Assembly (NCBI RefSeq): GCF_037042905.1
Contig: NC_087252.1
Location: forward strand, 11,286,001-11,350,000
Direction of reading: 5' to 3'
Length of the DNA stretch: 64,000 nucleotides
Source: Lytechinus pictus
Lineage: Eukaryota
Shown here: positions 24,801 through 39,800 of the stretch, piece after piece
How positions within the stretch are numbered: the stretch's first letter is position 1
Layout of the letters: each line of letters opens with the position of its first letter
Translations under genes and position numbers: made by a program
Notes under the pieces: generated by a model
What the model was told of the DNA's origin: nothing
What the model saw: only the letters and a program-made list of their open reading frames with translations
Databases searched by the model: none

Positions 24801-27800
24801 GGGGTCTACGGTGCCCCGAAAGGTCGGGGTGCATTGCCGAAAATATCGCGCGAGCTGTTATGGCGTGCTATATATTATGTACGTGTATTCCAACTATTCC
24901 ACTTTGGTGGCCGGGGGCTGGTAATAAATTCGCCGCTAATCGAAATCACCTTTTTATGTCTTGAAAATAAGCGAAATTGATCTTTATTAGTCATTCCATC
25001 GATTTAGGGGTGAACATTGGTGCACAGAAAAGGGGGACGGGGTCTACGGTGCCCCGAAAGGTCGGGGTGCATTGCCGAAAATATCGCGCGAGCTGTTATG
25101 GCGTGCTATATATTATGTACGTGTATTCCAACTATTCCACTTTGGTGGCCGGGGGCTGGTAATAAATTCGCCGCTAATCGAAATCACCTTTTTATGTCTT
25201 GAAAATAGGCGAAATTGATCTTTATTAGTCATTCCATCGATTTAGGGGTGAACATTGGTGCACAGAAAAGGGGGACGGGGTCTACGATGCCCCGAAAGGT
25301 AGGGGGTGCATGGACGAAAATGCTATGTATTATATACGTGTATTCCAACAATTCCACTTTGGTTTGGTAATAAATTCGCCGCTAATCGAAATCACCTTTT
25401 TATGTCTTGAAAATGAAGCAAATTGATCTTCATTAATCATTCCATCGATCTAGGGGTGAACATTGGTGCACAGAAAAGGGGGACGGGGTCTACGGTGCCC
25501 CGAAAGGTCGGGGTGCATTGCCGAAAATATCGCGCGAGCTGTTATGGCGTGCTATATATTATGTACGTGTATTCCAACTATTCCACTTTGGTTTGGTAAT
25601 AAATTCGCCGCTAATCGAAATCACCTTTTTATGTCTTGAAAATGAAGCAAATTGATCTTCATTAATCATTCCATCGATCTAGGGGTGAACATTGGTGCAC
25701 AGAAAAGGGGGACGGGGTCTACGGTGCCCCGAAAGGTCGGGGTGCATTGCCGAAAATATCGCGCGAGCTGTTATGGCGTGCTATATATTATGTACGTGTA
25801 TTCCAACTATTCCAGTTTGGTGGCCGGGGGCTGGTAATAAATTCGCCGCTAATCGAAATCAACTTTTTATGTCTTGAAAATCAGCGAAATTGATCTTTAT
25901 TAGGCATCCCATCGATTTAGGGGTGAACATTGGTGCACAGAAAAGGGGGACGGGGTCTACGGTGCCCCGAAAGGTCGGGGTGCATTGCCGAAAATATCGC
26001 GCGAGCTGTTATGGCGTGCTATATATTATGTACGTGTATTCCAACTATTCCACTTTGGTGGCCGGGGGCTGGTAATAAATTCGCCGCTAATCGAAATCAC
26101 CTTTTTATGTCTTGAAAATAAGCGAAATTGATCTTTATTAGTCATTCCATCGATTTAGGGGTGAACATTGGTGCACAGAAAAGGGGGACGGGGTCTACGG
26201 TGCCCCGAAAGGTCGGGGTGCATTGCCGAAAATATCGCGCGAGCTGTTATGGCGTGCTATATATTATGTACGTGTATTCCAACTATTCCACTTTGGTGGC
26301 CGGGGGCTGGTAATAAATTCGCCGCTAATCGAAATCACCTTTTTATGTCTTGAAAATAGGCGAAATTGATCTTTATTAGTCATTCCATCGATTTAGGGGT
26401 GAACATTGGTGCACAGAAAAGGGGGACGGGGTCTACGATGCCCCGAAAGGTAGGGGGTGCATGGACGAAAATGCTATGTATTATATACGTGTATTCCAAC
26501 AATTCCACTTTGGTTTGGTAATAAATTCGCCGCTAATCGAAATCACCTTTTTATGTCTTGAAAATGAAGCAAATTGATCTTCATTAATCATTCCATCGAT
26601 CTAGGGGTGAACATTGGTGCACAGAAAAGGGGGACGGGGTCTACGGTGCCCCGAAAGGTCGGGGTGCATTGCCGAAAATATCGCGCGAGCTGTTATGGCG
26701 TGCTATATATTATGTACGTGTATTCCAACTATTCCACTTTGGTTTGGTAATAAATTCGCCGCTAATCGAAATCACCTTTTTATGTCTTGAAAATGAAGCA
26801 AATTGATCTTCATTAATCATTCCATCGATCTAGGGGTGAACATTGGTGCACAGAAAAGGGGGACGGGGTCTACGGTGCCCCGAAAGGTCGGGGTGCATTG
26901 CCGAAAATATCGCGCGAGCTGTTATGGCGTGCTATATATTATGTACGTGTATTCCAACTATTCCAGTTTGGTGGCCGGGGGCTGGTAATAAATTCGCCGC
27001 TAATCGAAATCAGCTTTTTATGTCTTGAAAATCAGCGAAATTGATCTTTATTAGGCATCCCATCGATTTAGGGGTGAACATTGGTGCACAGAAAAGGGGG
27101 ACGGGGTCTACGGTGCCCCGAAAGGTCGGGGTGCATTGCCGAAAATATCGCGCGAGCTGTTATGGCGTGCTATATATTATGTACGTGTATTCCAACTATT
27201 CCACTTTGGTGGCCGGGGGCTGGTAATAAATTCGCCGCTAATCGAAATCACCTTTTTATGTCTTGAAAATAAGCGAAATTGATCTTTATTAGTCATTCCA
27301 TCGATTTAGGGGTGAACATTGGTGCACAGAAAAGGGGGACGGGGTCTACGGTGCCCCGAAAGGTCGGGGTGCATTGCCGAAAATATCGCGCGAGCTGTTA
27401 TGGCGTGCTATATATTATGTACGTGTATTCCAACTATTCCACTTTGGTGGCCGGGGGCTGGTAATAAATTCGCCGCTAATCGAAATCACCTTTTTATGTC
27501 TTGAAAATAGGCGAAATTGATCTTTATTAGTCATTCCATCGATTTAGGGGTGAACATTGGTGCACAGAAAAGGGGGACGGGGTCTACGATGCCCCGAAAG
27601 GTAGGGGGTGCATGGACGAAAATGCTATGTATTATATACGTGTATTCCAACAATTCCACTTTGGTTTGGTAATAAATTCGCCGCTAATCGAAATCACCTT
27701 TTTATGTCTTGAAAATGAAGCAAATTGATCTTCATTAATCATTCCATCGATCTAGGGGTGAACATTGGTGCACAGAAAAGGGGGACGGGGTCTACGGTGC

Positions 27801-30800
27801 CCCGAAAGGTCGGGGTGCATTGCCGAAAATATCGCGCGAGCTGTTATGGCGTGCTATATATTATGTACGTGTATTCCAACTATTCCACTTTGGTTTGGTA
27901 ATAAATTCGCCGCTAATCGAAATCACCTTTTTATGTCTTGAAAATGAAGCAAATTGATCTTCATTAATCATTCCATCGATCTAGGGGTGAACATTGGTGC
28001 ACAGAAAAGGGGGACGGGGTCTACGGTGCCCCGAAAGGTCGGGGTGCATTGCCGAAAATATCGCGCGAGCTGTTATGGCGTGCTATATATTATGTACGTG
28101 TATTCCAACTATTCCAGTTTGGTGGCCGGGGGCTGGTAATAAATTCGCCGCTAATCGAAATCAACTTTTTATGTCTTGAAAATCAGCGAAATTGATCTTT
28201 ATTAGGCATCCCATCGATTTAGGGGTGAACATTGGTGCACAGAAAAGGGGGACGGGGTCTACGGTGCCCCGAAAGGTCGGGGTGCATTGCCGAAAATATC
28301 GCGCGAGCTGTTATGGCGTGCTATATATTATGTACGTGTATTCCAACTATTCCACTTTGGTGGCCGGGGGCTGGTAATAAATTCGCCGCTAATCGAAATC
28401 ACCTTTTTATGTCTTGAAAATAAGCGAAATTGATCTTTATTAGTCATTCCATCGATTTAGGGGTGAACATTGGTGCACAGAAAAGGGGGACGGGGTCTAC
28501 GGTGCCCCGAAAGGTCGGGGTGCATTGCCGAAAATATCGCGCGAGCTGTTATGGCGTGCTATATATTATGTACGTGTATTCCAACTATTCCACTTTGGTG
28601 GCCGGGGGCTGGTAATAAATTCGCCGCTAATCGAAATCACCTTTTTATGTCTTGAAAATAGGCGAAATTGATCTTTATTAGTCATTCCATCGATTTAGGG
28701 GTGAACATTGGTGCACAGAAAAGGGGGACGGGGTCTACGATGCCCCGAAAGGTAGGGGGTGCATGGACGAAAATGCTATGTATTATATACGTGTATTCCA
28801 ACAATTCCACTTTGGTTTGGTAATAAATTCGCCGCTAATCGAAATCACCTTTTTATGTCTTGAAAATGAAGCAAATTGATCTTCATTAATCATTCCATCG
28901 ATCTAGGGGTGAACATTGGTGCACAGAAAAGGGGGACGGGGTCTACGGTGCCCCGAAAGGTCGGGGTGCATTGCCGAAAATATCGCGCGAGCTGTTATGG
29001 CGTGCTATATATTATGTACGTGTATTCCAACTATTCCACTTTGGTTTGGTAATAAATTCGCCGCTAATCGAAATCACCTTTTTATGTCTTGAAAATGAAG
29101 CAAATTGATCTTCATTAATCATTCCATCGATCTAGGGGTGAACATTGGTGCACAGAAAAGGGGGACGGGGTCTACGGTGCCCCGAAAGGTCGGGGTGCAT
29201 TGCCGAAAATATCGCGCGAGCTGTTATGGCGTGCTATATATTATGTACGTGTATTCCAACTATTCCAGTTTGGTGGCCGGGGGCTGGTAATAAATTCGCC
29301 GCTAATCGAAATCAGCTTTTTATGTCTTGAAAATCAGCGAAATTGATCTTTATTAGGCATCCCATCGATTTAGGGGTGAACATTGGTGCACAGAAAAGGG
29401 GGACGGGGTCTACGGTGCCCCGAAAGGTCGGGGTGCATTGCCGAAAATATCGCGCGAGCTGTTATGGCGTGCTATATATTATGTACGTGTATTCCAACTA
29501 TTCCACTTTGGTGGCCGGGGGCTGGTAATAAATTCGCCGCTAATCGAAATCACCTTTTTATGTCTTGAAAATAAGCGAAATTGATCTTTATTAGTCATTC
29601 CATCGATTTAGGGGTGAACATTGGTGCACAGAAAAGGGGGACGGGGTCTACGGTGCCCCGAAAGGTCGGGGTGCATTGCCGAAAATATCGCGCGAGCTGT
29701 TATGGCGTGCTATATATTATGTACGTGTATTCCAACTATTCCACTTTGGTGGCCGGGGGCTGGTAATAAATTCGCCGCTAATCGAAATCACCTTTTTATG
29801 TCTTGAAAATAGGCGAAATTGATCTTTATTAGTCATTCCATCGATTTAGGGGTGAACATTGGTGCACAGAAAAGGGGGACGGGGTCTACGATGCCCCGAA
29901 AGGTAGGGGGTGCATGGACGAAAATGCTATGTATTATATACGTGTATTCCAACAATTCCACTTTGGTTTGGTAATAAATTCGCCGCTAATCGAAATCACC
30001 TTTTTATGTCTTGAAAATGAAGCAAATTGATTTTCATTAATCATTCCATCGATCTAGGGGTGAACATTGGTGCACAGAAAAGGGGGACGGGGTCTACGGT
30101 GCCCCGAAAGGTCGGGGTGCATTGCCGAAAATATCGCGCGAGCTGTTATGGCGTGCTATATATTATGTACGTGTATTCCAACTATTCCACTTTGGTTTGG
30201 TAATAAATTCGCCGCTAATCGAAATCACCTTTTTATGTCTTGAAAATGAAGCAAATTGATCTTCATTAATCATTCCATCGATCTAGGGGTGAACATTGGT
30301 GCACAGAAAAGGGGGACGGGGTCTACGGTGCCCCGAAAGGTCGGGGTGCATTGCCGAAAATATCGCGCGAGCTGTTATGGCGTGCTATATATTATGTACG
30401 TGTATTCCAACTATTCCAGTTTGGTGGCCGGGGGCTGGTAATAAATTCGCCGCTAATCGAAATCAACTTTTTATGTCTTGAAAATCAGCGAAATTGATCT
30501 TTATTAGGCATCCCATCGATTTAGGGGTGAACATTGGTGCACAGAAAAGGGGGACGGGGTCTACGGTGCCCCGAAAGGTCGGGGTGCATTGCCGAAAATA
30601 TCGCGCGAGCTGTTATGGCGTGCTATATATTATGTACGTGTATTCCAACTATTCCACTTTGGTGGCCGGGGGCTGGTAATAAATTCGCCGCTAATCGAAA
30701 TCACCTTTTTATGTCTTGAAAATAAGCGAAATTGATCTTTATTAGTCATTCCATCGATTTAGGGGTGAACATTGGTGCACAGAAAAGGGGGACGGGGTCT

Positions 30801-33800
30801 ACGGTGCCCCGAAAGGTCGGGGTGCATTGCCGAAAATATCGCGCGAGCTGTTATGGCGTGCTATATATTATGTACGTGTATTCCAACTATTCCACTTTGG
30901 TGGCCGGGGGCTGGTAATAAATTCGCCGCTAATCGAAATCACCTTTTTATGTCTTGAAAATAGGCGAAATTGATCTTTATTAGTCATTCCATCGATTTAG
31001 GGGTGAACATTGGTGCACAGAAAAGGGGGACGGGGTCTACGATGCCCCGAAAGGTAGGGGGTGCATGGACGAAAATGCTATGTATTATATACGTGTATTC
31101 CAACAATTCCACTTTGGTTTGGTAATAAATTCGCCGCTAATCGAAATCACCTTTTTATGTCTTGAAAATGAAGCAAATTGATCTTCATTAATCATTCCAT
31201 CGATCTAGGGGTGAACATTGGTGCACAGAAAAGGGGGACGGGGTCTACGGTGCCCCGAAAGGTCGGGGTGCATTGCCGAAAATATCGCGCGAGCTGTTAT
31301 GGCGTGCTATATATTATGTACGTGTATTCCAACTATTCCACTTTGGTTTGGTAATAAATTCGCCGCTAATCGAAATCACCTTTTTATGTCTTGAAAATGA
31401 AGCAAATTGATCTTCATTAATCATTCCATCGATCTAGGGGTGAACATTGGTGCACAGAAAAGGGGGACGGGGTCTACGGTGCCCCGAAAGGTCGGGGTGC
31501 ATTGCCGAAAATATCGCGCGAGCTGTTATGGCGTGCTATATATTATGTACGTGTATTCCAACTATTCCAGTTTGGTGGCCGGGGGCTGGTAATAAATTCG
31601 CCGCTAATCGAAATCAACTTTTTATGTCTTGAAAATCAGCGAAATTGATCTTTATTAGGCATCCCATCGATTTAGGGGTGAACATTGGTGCACAGAAAAG
31701 GGGGACGGGGTCTACGGTGCCCCGAAAGGTCGGGGTGCATTGCCGAAAATATCGCGCGAGCTGTTATGGCGTGCTATATATTATGTACGTGTATTCCAAC
31801 TATTCCACTTTGGTGGCCGGGGGCTGGTAATAAATTCGCCGCTAATCGAAATCACCTTTTTATGTCTTGAAAATAAGCGAAATTGATCTTTATTAGTCAT
31901 TCCATCGATTTAGGGGTGAACATTGGTGCACAGAAAAGGGGGACGGGGTCTACGGTGCCCCGAAAGGTCGGGGTGCATTGCCGAAAATATCGCGCGAGCT
32001 GTTATGGCGTGCTATATATTATGTACGTGTATTCCAACTATTCCACTTTGGTGGCCGGGGGCTGGTAATAAATTCGCCGCTAATCGAAATCACCTTTTTA
32101 TGTCTTGAAAATAGGCGAAATTGATCTTTATTAGTCATTCCATCGATTTAGGGGTGAACATTGGTGCACAGAAAAGGGGGACGGGGTCTACGATGCCCCG
32201 AAAGGTAGGGGGTGCATGGACGAAAATGCTATGTATTATATACGTGTATTCCAACAATTCCACTTTGGTTTGGTAATAAATTCGCCGCTAATCGAAATCA
32301 CCTTTTTATGTCTTGAAAATGAAGCAAATTGATCTTCATTAATCATTCCATCGATCTAGGGGTGAACATTGGTGCACAGAAAAGGGGGACGGGGTCTACG
32401 GTGCCCCGAAAGGTCGGGGTGCATTGCCGAAAATATCGCGCGAGCTGTTATGGCGTGCTATATATTATGTACGTGTATTCCAACTATTCCACTTTGGTTT
32501 GGTAATAAATTCGCCGCTAATCGAAATCACCTTTTTATGTCTTGAAAATGAAGCAAATTGATCTTCATTAATCATTCCATCGATCTAGGGGTGAACATTG
32601 GTGCACAGAAAAGGGGGACGGGGTCTACGGTGCCCCGAAAGGTCGGGGTGCATTGCCGAAAATATCGCGCGAGCTGTTATGGCGTGCTATATATTATGTA
32701 CGTGTATTCCAACTATTCCAGTTTGGTGGCCGGGGGCTGGTAATAAATTCGCCGCTAATCGAAATCAGCTTTTTATGTCTTGAAAATCAGCGAAATTGAT
32801 CTTTATTAGGCATCCCATCGATTTAGGGGTGAACATTGGTGCACAGAAAAGGGGGACGGGGTCTACGGTGCCCCGAAAGGTCGGGGTGCATTGCCGAAAA
32901 TATCGCGCGAGCTGTTATGGCGTGCTATATATTATGTACGTGTATTCCAACTATTCCACTTTGGTGGCCGGGGGCTGGTAATAAATTCGCCGCTAATCGA
33001 AATCACCTTTTTATGTCTTGAAAATAAGCGAAATTGATCTTTATTAGTCATTCCATCGATTTAGGGGTGAACATTGGTGCACAGAAAAGGGGGACGGGGT
33101 CTACGGTGCCCCGAAAGGTCGGGGTGCATTGCCGAAAATATCGCGCGAGCTGTTATGGCGTGCTATATATTATGTACGTGTATTCCAACTATTCCACTTT
33201 GGTGGCCGGGGGCTGGTAATAAATTCGCCGCTAATCGAAATCACCTTTTTATGTCTTGAAAATAGGCGAAATTGATCTTTATTAGTCATTCCATCGATTT
33301 AGGGGTGAACATTGGTGCACAGAAAAGGGGGACGGGGTCTACGATGCCCCGAAAGGTAGGGGGTGCATGGACGAAAATGCTATGTATTATATACGTGTAT
33401 TCCAACAATTCCACTTTGGTTTGGTAATAAATTCGCCGCTAATCGAAATCACCTTTTTATGTCTTGAAAATGAAGCAAATTGATCTTCATTAATCATTCC
33501 ATCGATCTAGGGGTGAACATTGGTGCACAGAAAAGGGGGACGGGGTCTACGGTGCCCCGAAAGGTCGGGGTGCATTGCCGAAAATATCGCGCGAGCTGTT
33601 ATGGCGTGCTATATATTATGTACGTGTATTCCAACTATTCCACTTTGGTTTGGTAATAAATTCGCCGCTAATCGAAATCACCTTTTTATGTCTTGAAAAT
33701 GAAGCAAATTGATCTTCATTAATCATTCCATCGATCTAGGGGTGAACATTGGTGCACAGAAAAGGGGGACGGGGTCTACGGTGCCCCGAAAGGTCGGGGT

Positions 33801-36800
33801 GCATTGCCGAAAATATCGCGCGAGCTGTTATGGCGTGCTATATATTATGTACGTGTATTCCAACTATTCCAGTTTGGTGGCCGGGGGCTGGTAATAAATT
33901 CGCCGCTAATCGAAATCAACTTTTTATGTCTTGAAAATCAGCGAAATTGATCTTTATTAGGCATCCCATCGATTTAGGGGTGAACATTGGTGCACAGAAA
34001 AGGGGGACGGGGTCTACGGTGCCCCGAAAGGTCGGGGTGCATTGCCGAAAATATCGCGCGAGCTGTTATGGCGTGCTATATATTATGTACGTGTATTCCA
34101 ACTATTCCACTTTGGTGGCCGGGGGCTGGTAATAAATTCGCCGCTAATCGAAATCACCTTTTTATGTCTTGAAAATAAGCGAAATTGATCTTTATTAGTC
34201 ATTCCATCGATTTAGGGGTGAACATTGGTGCACAGAAAAGGGGGACGGGGTCTACGGTGCCCCGAAAGGTCGGGGTGCATTGCCGAAAATATCGCGCGAG
34301 CTGTTATGGCGTGCTATATATTATGTACGTGTATTCCAACTATTCCACTTTGGTGGCCGGGGGCTGGTAATAAATTCGCCGCTAATCGAAATCACCTTTT
34401 TATGTCTTGAAAATAGGCGAAATTGATCTTTATTAGTCATTCCATCGATTTAGGGGTGAACATTGGTGCACAGAAAAGGGGGACGGGGTCTACGATGCCC
34501 CGAAAGGTAGGGGGTGCATGGACGAAAATGCTATGTATTATATACGTGTATTCCAACAATTCCACTTTGGTTTGGTAATAAATTCGCCGCTAATCGAAAT
34601 CACCTTTTTATGTCTTGAAAATGAAGCAAATTGATCTTCATTAATCATTCCATCGATCTAGGGGTGAACATTGGTGCACAGAAAAGGGGGACGGGGTCTA
34701 CGGTGCCCCGAAAGGTCGGGGTGCATTGCCGAAAATATCGCGCGAGCTGTTATGGCGTGCTATATATTATGTACGTGTATTCCAACTATTCCACTTTGGT
34801 TTGGTAATAAATTCGCCGCTAATCGAAATCACCTTTTTATGTCTTGAAAATGAAGCAAATTGATCTTCATTAATCATTCCATCGATCTAGGGGTGAACAT
34901 TGGTGCACAGAAAAGGGGGACGGGGTCTACGGTGCCCCGAAAGGTCGGGGTGCATTGCCGAAAATATCGCGCGAGCTGTTATGGCGTGCTATATATTATG
35001 TACGTGTATTCCAACTATTCCAGTTTGGTGGCCGGGGGCTGGTAATAAATTCGCCGCTAATCGAAATCAGCTTTTTATGTCTTGAAAATCAGCGAAATTG
35101 ATCTTTATTAGGCATCCCATCGATTTAGGGGTGAACATTGGTGCACAGAAAAGGGGGACGGGGTCTACGGTGCCCCGAAAGGTCGGGGTGCATTGCCGAA
35201 AATATCGCGCGAGCTGTTATGGCGTGCTATATATTATGTACGTGTATTCCAACTATTCCACTTTGGTGGCCGGGGGCTGGTAATAAATTCGCCGCTAATC
35301 GAAATCACCTTTTTATGTCTTGAAAATAAGCGAAATTGATCTTTATTAGTCATTCCATCGATTTAGGGGTGAACATTGGTGCACAGAAAAGGGGGACGGG
35401 GTCTACGGTGCCCCGAAAGGTCGGGGTGCATTGCCGAAAATATCGCGCGAGCTGTTATGGCGTGCTATATATTATGTACGTGTATTCCAACTATTCCACT
35501 TTGGTGGCCGGGGGCTGGTAATAAATTCGCCGCTAATCGAAATCACCTTTTTATGTCTTGAAAATAGGCGAAATTGATCTTTATTAGTCATTCCATCGAT
35601 TTAGGGGTGAACATTGGTGCACAGAAAAGGGGGACGGGGTCTACGATGCCCCGAAAGGTAGGGGGTGCATGGACGAAAATGCTATGTATTATATACGTGT
35701 ATTCCAACAATTCCACTTTGGTTTGGTAATAAATTCGCCGCTAATCGAAATCACCTTTTTATGTCTTGAAAATGAAGCAAATTGATCTTCATTAATCATT
35801 CCATCGATCTAGGGGTGAACATTGGTGCACAGAAAAGGGGGACGGGGTCTACGGTGCCCCGAAAGGTCGGGGTGCATTGCCGAAAATATCGCGCGAGCTG
35901 TTATGGCGTGCTATATATTATGTACGTGTATTCCAACTATTCCACTTTGGTTTGGTAATAAATTCGCCGCTAATCGAAATCACCTTTTTATGTCTTGAAA
36001 ATGAAGCAAATTGATCTTCATTAATCATTCCATCGATCTAGGGGTGAACATTGGTGCACAGAAAAGGGGGACGGGGTCTACGGTGCCCCGAAAGGTCGGG
36101 GTGCATTGCCGAAAATATCGCGCGAGCTGTTATGGCGTGCTATATATTATGTACGTGTATTCCAACTATTCCAGTTTGGTGGCCGGGGGCTGGTAATAAA
36201 TTCGCCGCTAATCGAAATCAACTTTTTATGTCTTGAAAATCAGCGAAATTGATCTTTATTAGGCATCCCATCGATTTAGGGGTGAACATTGGTGCACAGA
36301 AAAGGGGGACGGGGTCTACGGTGCCCCGAAAGGTCGGGGTGCATTGCCGAAAATATCGCGCGAGCTGTTATGGCGTGCTATATATTATGTACGTGTATTC
36401 CAACTATTCCACTTTGGTGGCCGGGGGCTGGTAATAAATTCGCCGCTAATCGAAATCACCTTTTTATGTCTTGAAAATAAGCGAAATTGATCTTTATTAG
36501 TCATTCCATCGATTTAGGGGTGAACATTGGTGCACAGAAAAGGGGGACGGGGTCTACGGTGCCCCGAAAGGTCGGGGTGCATTGCCGAAAATATCGCGCG
36601 AGCTGTTATGGCGTGCTATATATTATGTACGTGTATTCCAACTATTCCACTTTGGTGGCCGGGGGCTGGTAATAAATTCGCCGCTAATCGAAATCACCTT
36701 TTTATGTCTTGAAAATAGGCGAAATTGATCTTTATTAGTCATTCCATCGATTTAGGGGTGAACATTGGTGCACAGAAAAGGGGGACGGGGTCTACGATGC

Positions 36801-39800
36801 CCCGAAAGGTAGGGGGTGCATGGACGAAAATGCTATGTATTATATACGTGTATTCCAACAATTCCACTTTGGTTTGGTAATAAATTCGCCGCTAATCGAA
36901 ATCACCTTTTTATGTCTTGAAAATGAAGCAAATTGATCTTCATTAATCATTCCATCGATCTAGGGGTGAACATTGGTGCACAGAAAAGGGGGACGGGGTC
37001 TACGGTGCCCCGAAAGGTCGGGGTGCATTGCCGAAAATATCGCGCGAGCTGTTATGGCGTGCTATATATTATGTACGTGTATTCCAACTATTCCACTTTG
37101 GTTTGGTAATAAATTCGCCGCTAATCGAAATCACCTTTTTATGTCTTGAAAATGAAGCAAATTGATCTTCATTAATCATTCCATCGATCTAGGGGTGAAC
37201 ATTGGTGCACAGAAAAGGGGGACGGGGTCTACGGTGCCCCGAAAGGTCGGGGTGCATTGCCGAAAATATCGCGCGAGCTGTTATGGCGTGCTATATATTA
37301 TGTACGTGTATTCCAACTATTCCAGTTTGGTGGCCGGGGGCTGGTAATAAATTCGCCGCTAATCGAAATCAGCTTTTTATGTCTTGAAAATCAGCGAAAT
37401 TGATCTTTATTAGGCATCCCATCGATTTAGGGGTGAACATTGGTGCACAGAAAAGGGGGACGGGGTCTACGGTGCCCCGAAAGGTCGGGGTGCATTGCCG
37501 AAAATATCGCGCGAGCTGTTATGGCGTGCTATATATTATGTACGTGTATTCCAACTATTCCACTTTGGTGGCCGGGGGCTGGTAATAAATTCGCCGCTAA
37601 TCGAAATCACCTTTTTATGTCTTGAAAATAAGCGAAATTGATCTTTATTAGTCATTCCATCGATTTAGGGGTGAACATTGGTGCACAGAAAAGGGGGACG
37701 GGGTCTACGGTGCCCCGAAAGGTCGGGGTGCATTGCCGAAAATATCGCGCGAGCTGTTATGGCGTGCTATATATTATGTACGTGTATTCCAACTATTCCA
37801 CTTTGGTGGCCGGGGGCTGGTAATAAATTCGCCGCTAATCGAAATCACCTTTTTATGTCTTGAAAATAGGCGAAATTGATCTTTATTAGTCATTCCATCG
37901 ATTTAGGGGTGAACATTGGTGCACAGAAAAGGGGGACGGGGTCTACGATGCCCCGAAAGGTAGGGGGTGCATGGACGAAAATGCTATGTATTATATACGT
38001 GTATTCCAACAATTCCACTTTGGTTTGGTAATAAATTCGCCGCTAATCGAAATCACCTTTTTATGTCTTGAAAATGAAGCAAATTGATCTTCATTAATCA
38101 TTCCATCGATCTAGGGGTGAACATTGGTGCACAGAAAAGGGGGACGGGGTCTACGGTGCCCCGAAAGGTCGGGGTGCATTGCCGAAAATATCGCGCGAGC
38201 TGTTATGGCGTGCTATATATTATGTACGTGTATTCCAACTATTCCACTTTGGTTTGGTAATAAATTCGCCGCTAATCGAAATCACCTTTTTATGTCTTGA
38301 AAATGAAGCAAATTGATCTTCATTAATCATTCCATCGATCTAGGGGTGAACATTGGTGCACAGAAAAGGGGGACGGGGTCTACGGTGCCCCGAAAGGTCG
38401 GGGTGCATTGCCGAAAATATCGCGCGAGCTGTTATGGCGTGCTATATATTATGTACGTGTATTCCAACTATTCCAGTTTGGTGGCCGGGGGCTGGTAATA
38501 AATTCGCCGCTAATCGAAATCAACTTTTTATGTCTTGAAAATCAGCGAAATTGATCTTTATTAGGCATCCCATCGATTTAGGGGTGAACATTGGTGCACA
38601 GAAAAGGGGGACGGGGTCTACGGTGCCCCGAAAGGTCGGGGTGCATTGCCGAAAATATCGCGCGAGCTGTTATGGCGTGCTATATATTATGTACGTGTAT
38701 TCCAACTATTCCACTTTGGTGGCCGGGGGCTGGTAATAAATTCGCCGCTAATCGAAATCACCTTTTTATGTCTTGAAAATAAGCGAAATTGATCTTTATT
38801 AGTCATTCCATCGATTTAGGGGTGAACATTGGTGCACAGAAAAGGGGGACGGGGTCTACGGTGCCCCGAAAGGTCGGGGTGCATTGCCGAAAATATCGCG
38901 CGAGCTGTTATGGCGTGCTATATATTATGTACGTGTATTCCAACTATTCCACTTTGGTGGCCGGGGGCTGGTAATAAATTCGCCGCTAATCGAAATCACC
39001 TTTTTATGTCTTGAAAATAGGCGAAATTGATCTTTATTAGTCATTCCATCGATTTAGGGGTGAACATTGGTGCACAGAAAAGGGGGACGGGGTCTACGAT
39101 GCCCCGAAAGGTAGGGGGTGCATGGACGAAAATGCTATGTATTATATACGTGTATTCCAACAATTCCACTTTGGTTTGGTAATAAATTCGCCGCTAATCG
39201 AAATCACCTTTTTATGTCTTGAAAATGAAGCAAATTGATCTTCATTAATCATTCCATCGATCTAGGGGTGAACATTGGTGCACAGAAAAGGGGGACGGGG
39301 TCTACGGTGCCCCGAAAGGTCGGGGTGCATTGCCGAAAATATCGCGCGAGCTGTTATGGCGTGCTATATATTATGTACGTGTATTCCAACTATTCCACTT
39401 TGGTTTGGTAATAAATTCGCCGCTAATCGAAATCACCTTTTTATGTCTTGAAAATGAAGCAAATTGATCTTCATTAATCATTCCATCGATCTAGGGGTGA
39501 ACATTGGTGCACAGAAAAGGGGGACGGGGTCTACGGTGCCCCGAAAGGTCGGGGTGCATTGCCGAAAATATCGCGCGAGCTGTTATGGCGTGCTATATAT
39601 TATGTACGTGTATTCCAACTATTCCAGTTTGGTGGCCGGGGGCTGGTAATAAATTCGCCGCTAATCGAAATCAGCTTTTTATGTCTTGAAAATCAGCGAA
39701 ATTGATCTTTATTAGGCATCCCATCGATTTAGGGGTGAACATTGGTGCACAGAAAAGGGGGACGGGGTCTACGGTGCCCCGAAAGGTCGGGGTGCATTGC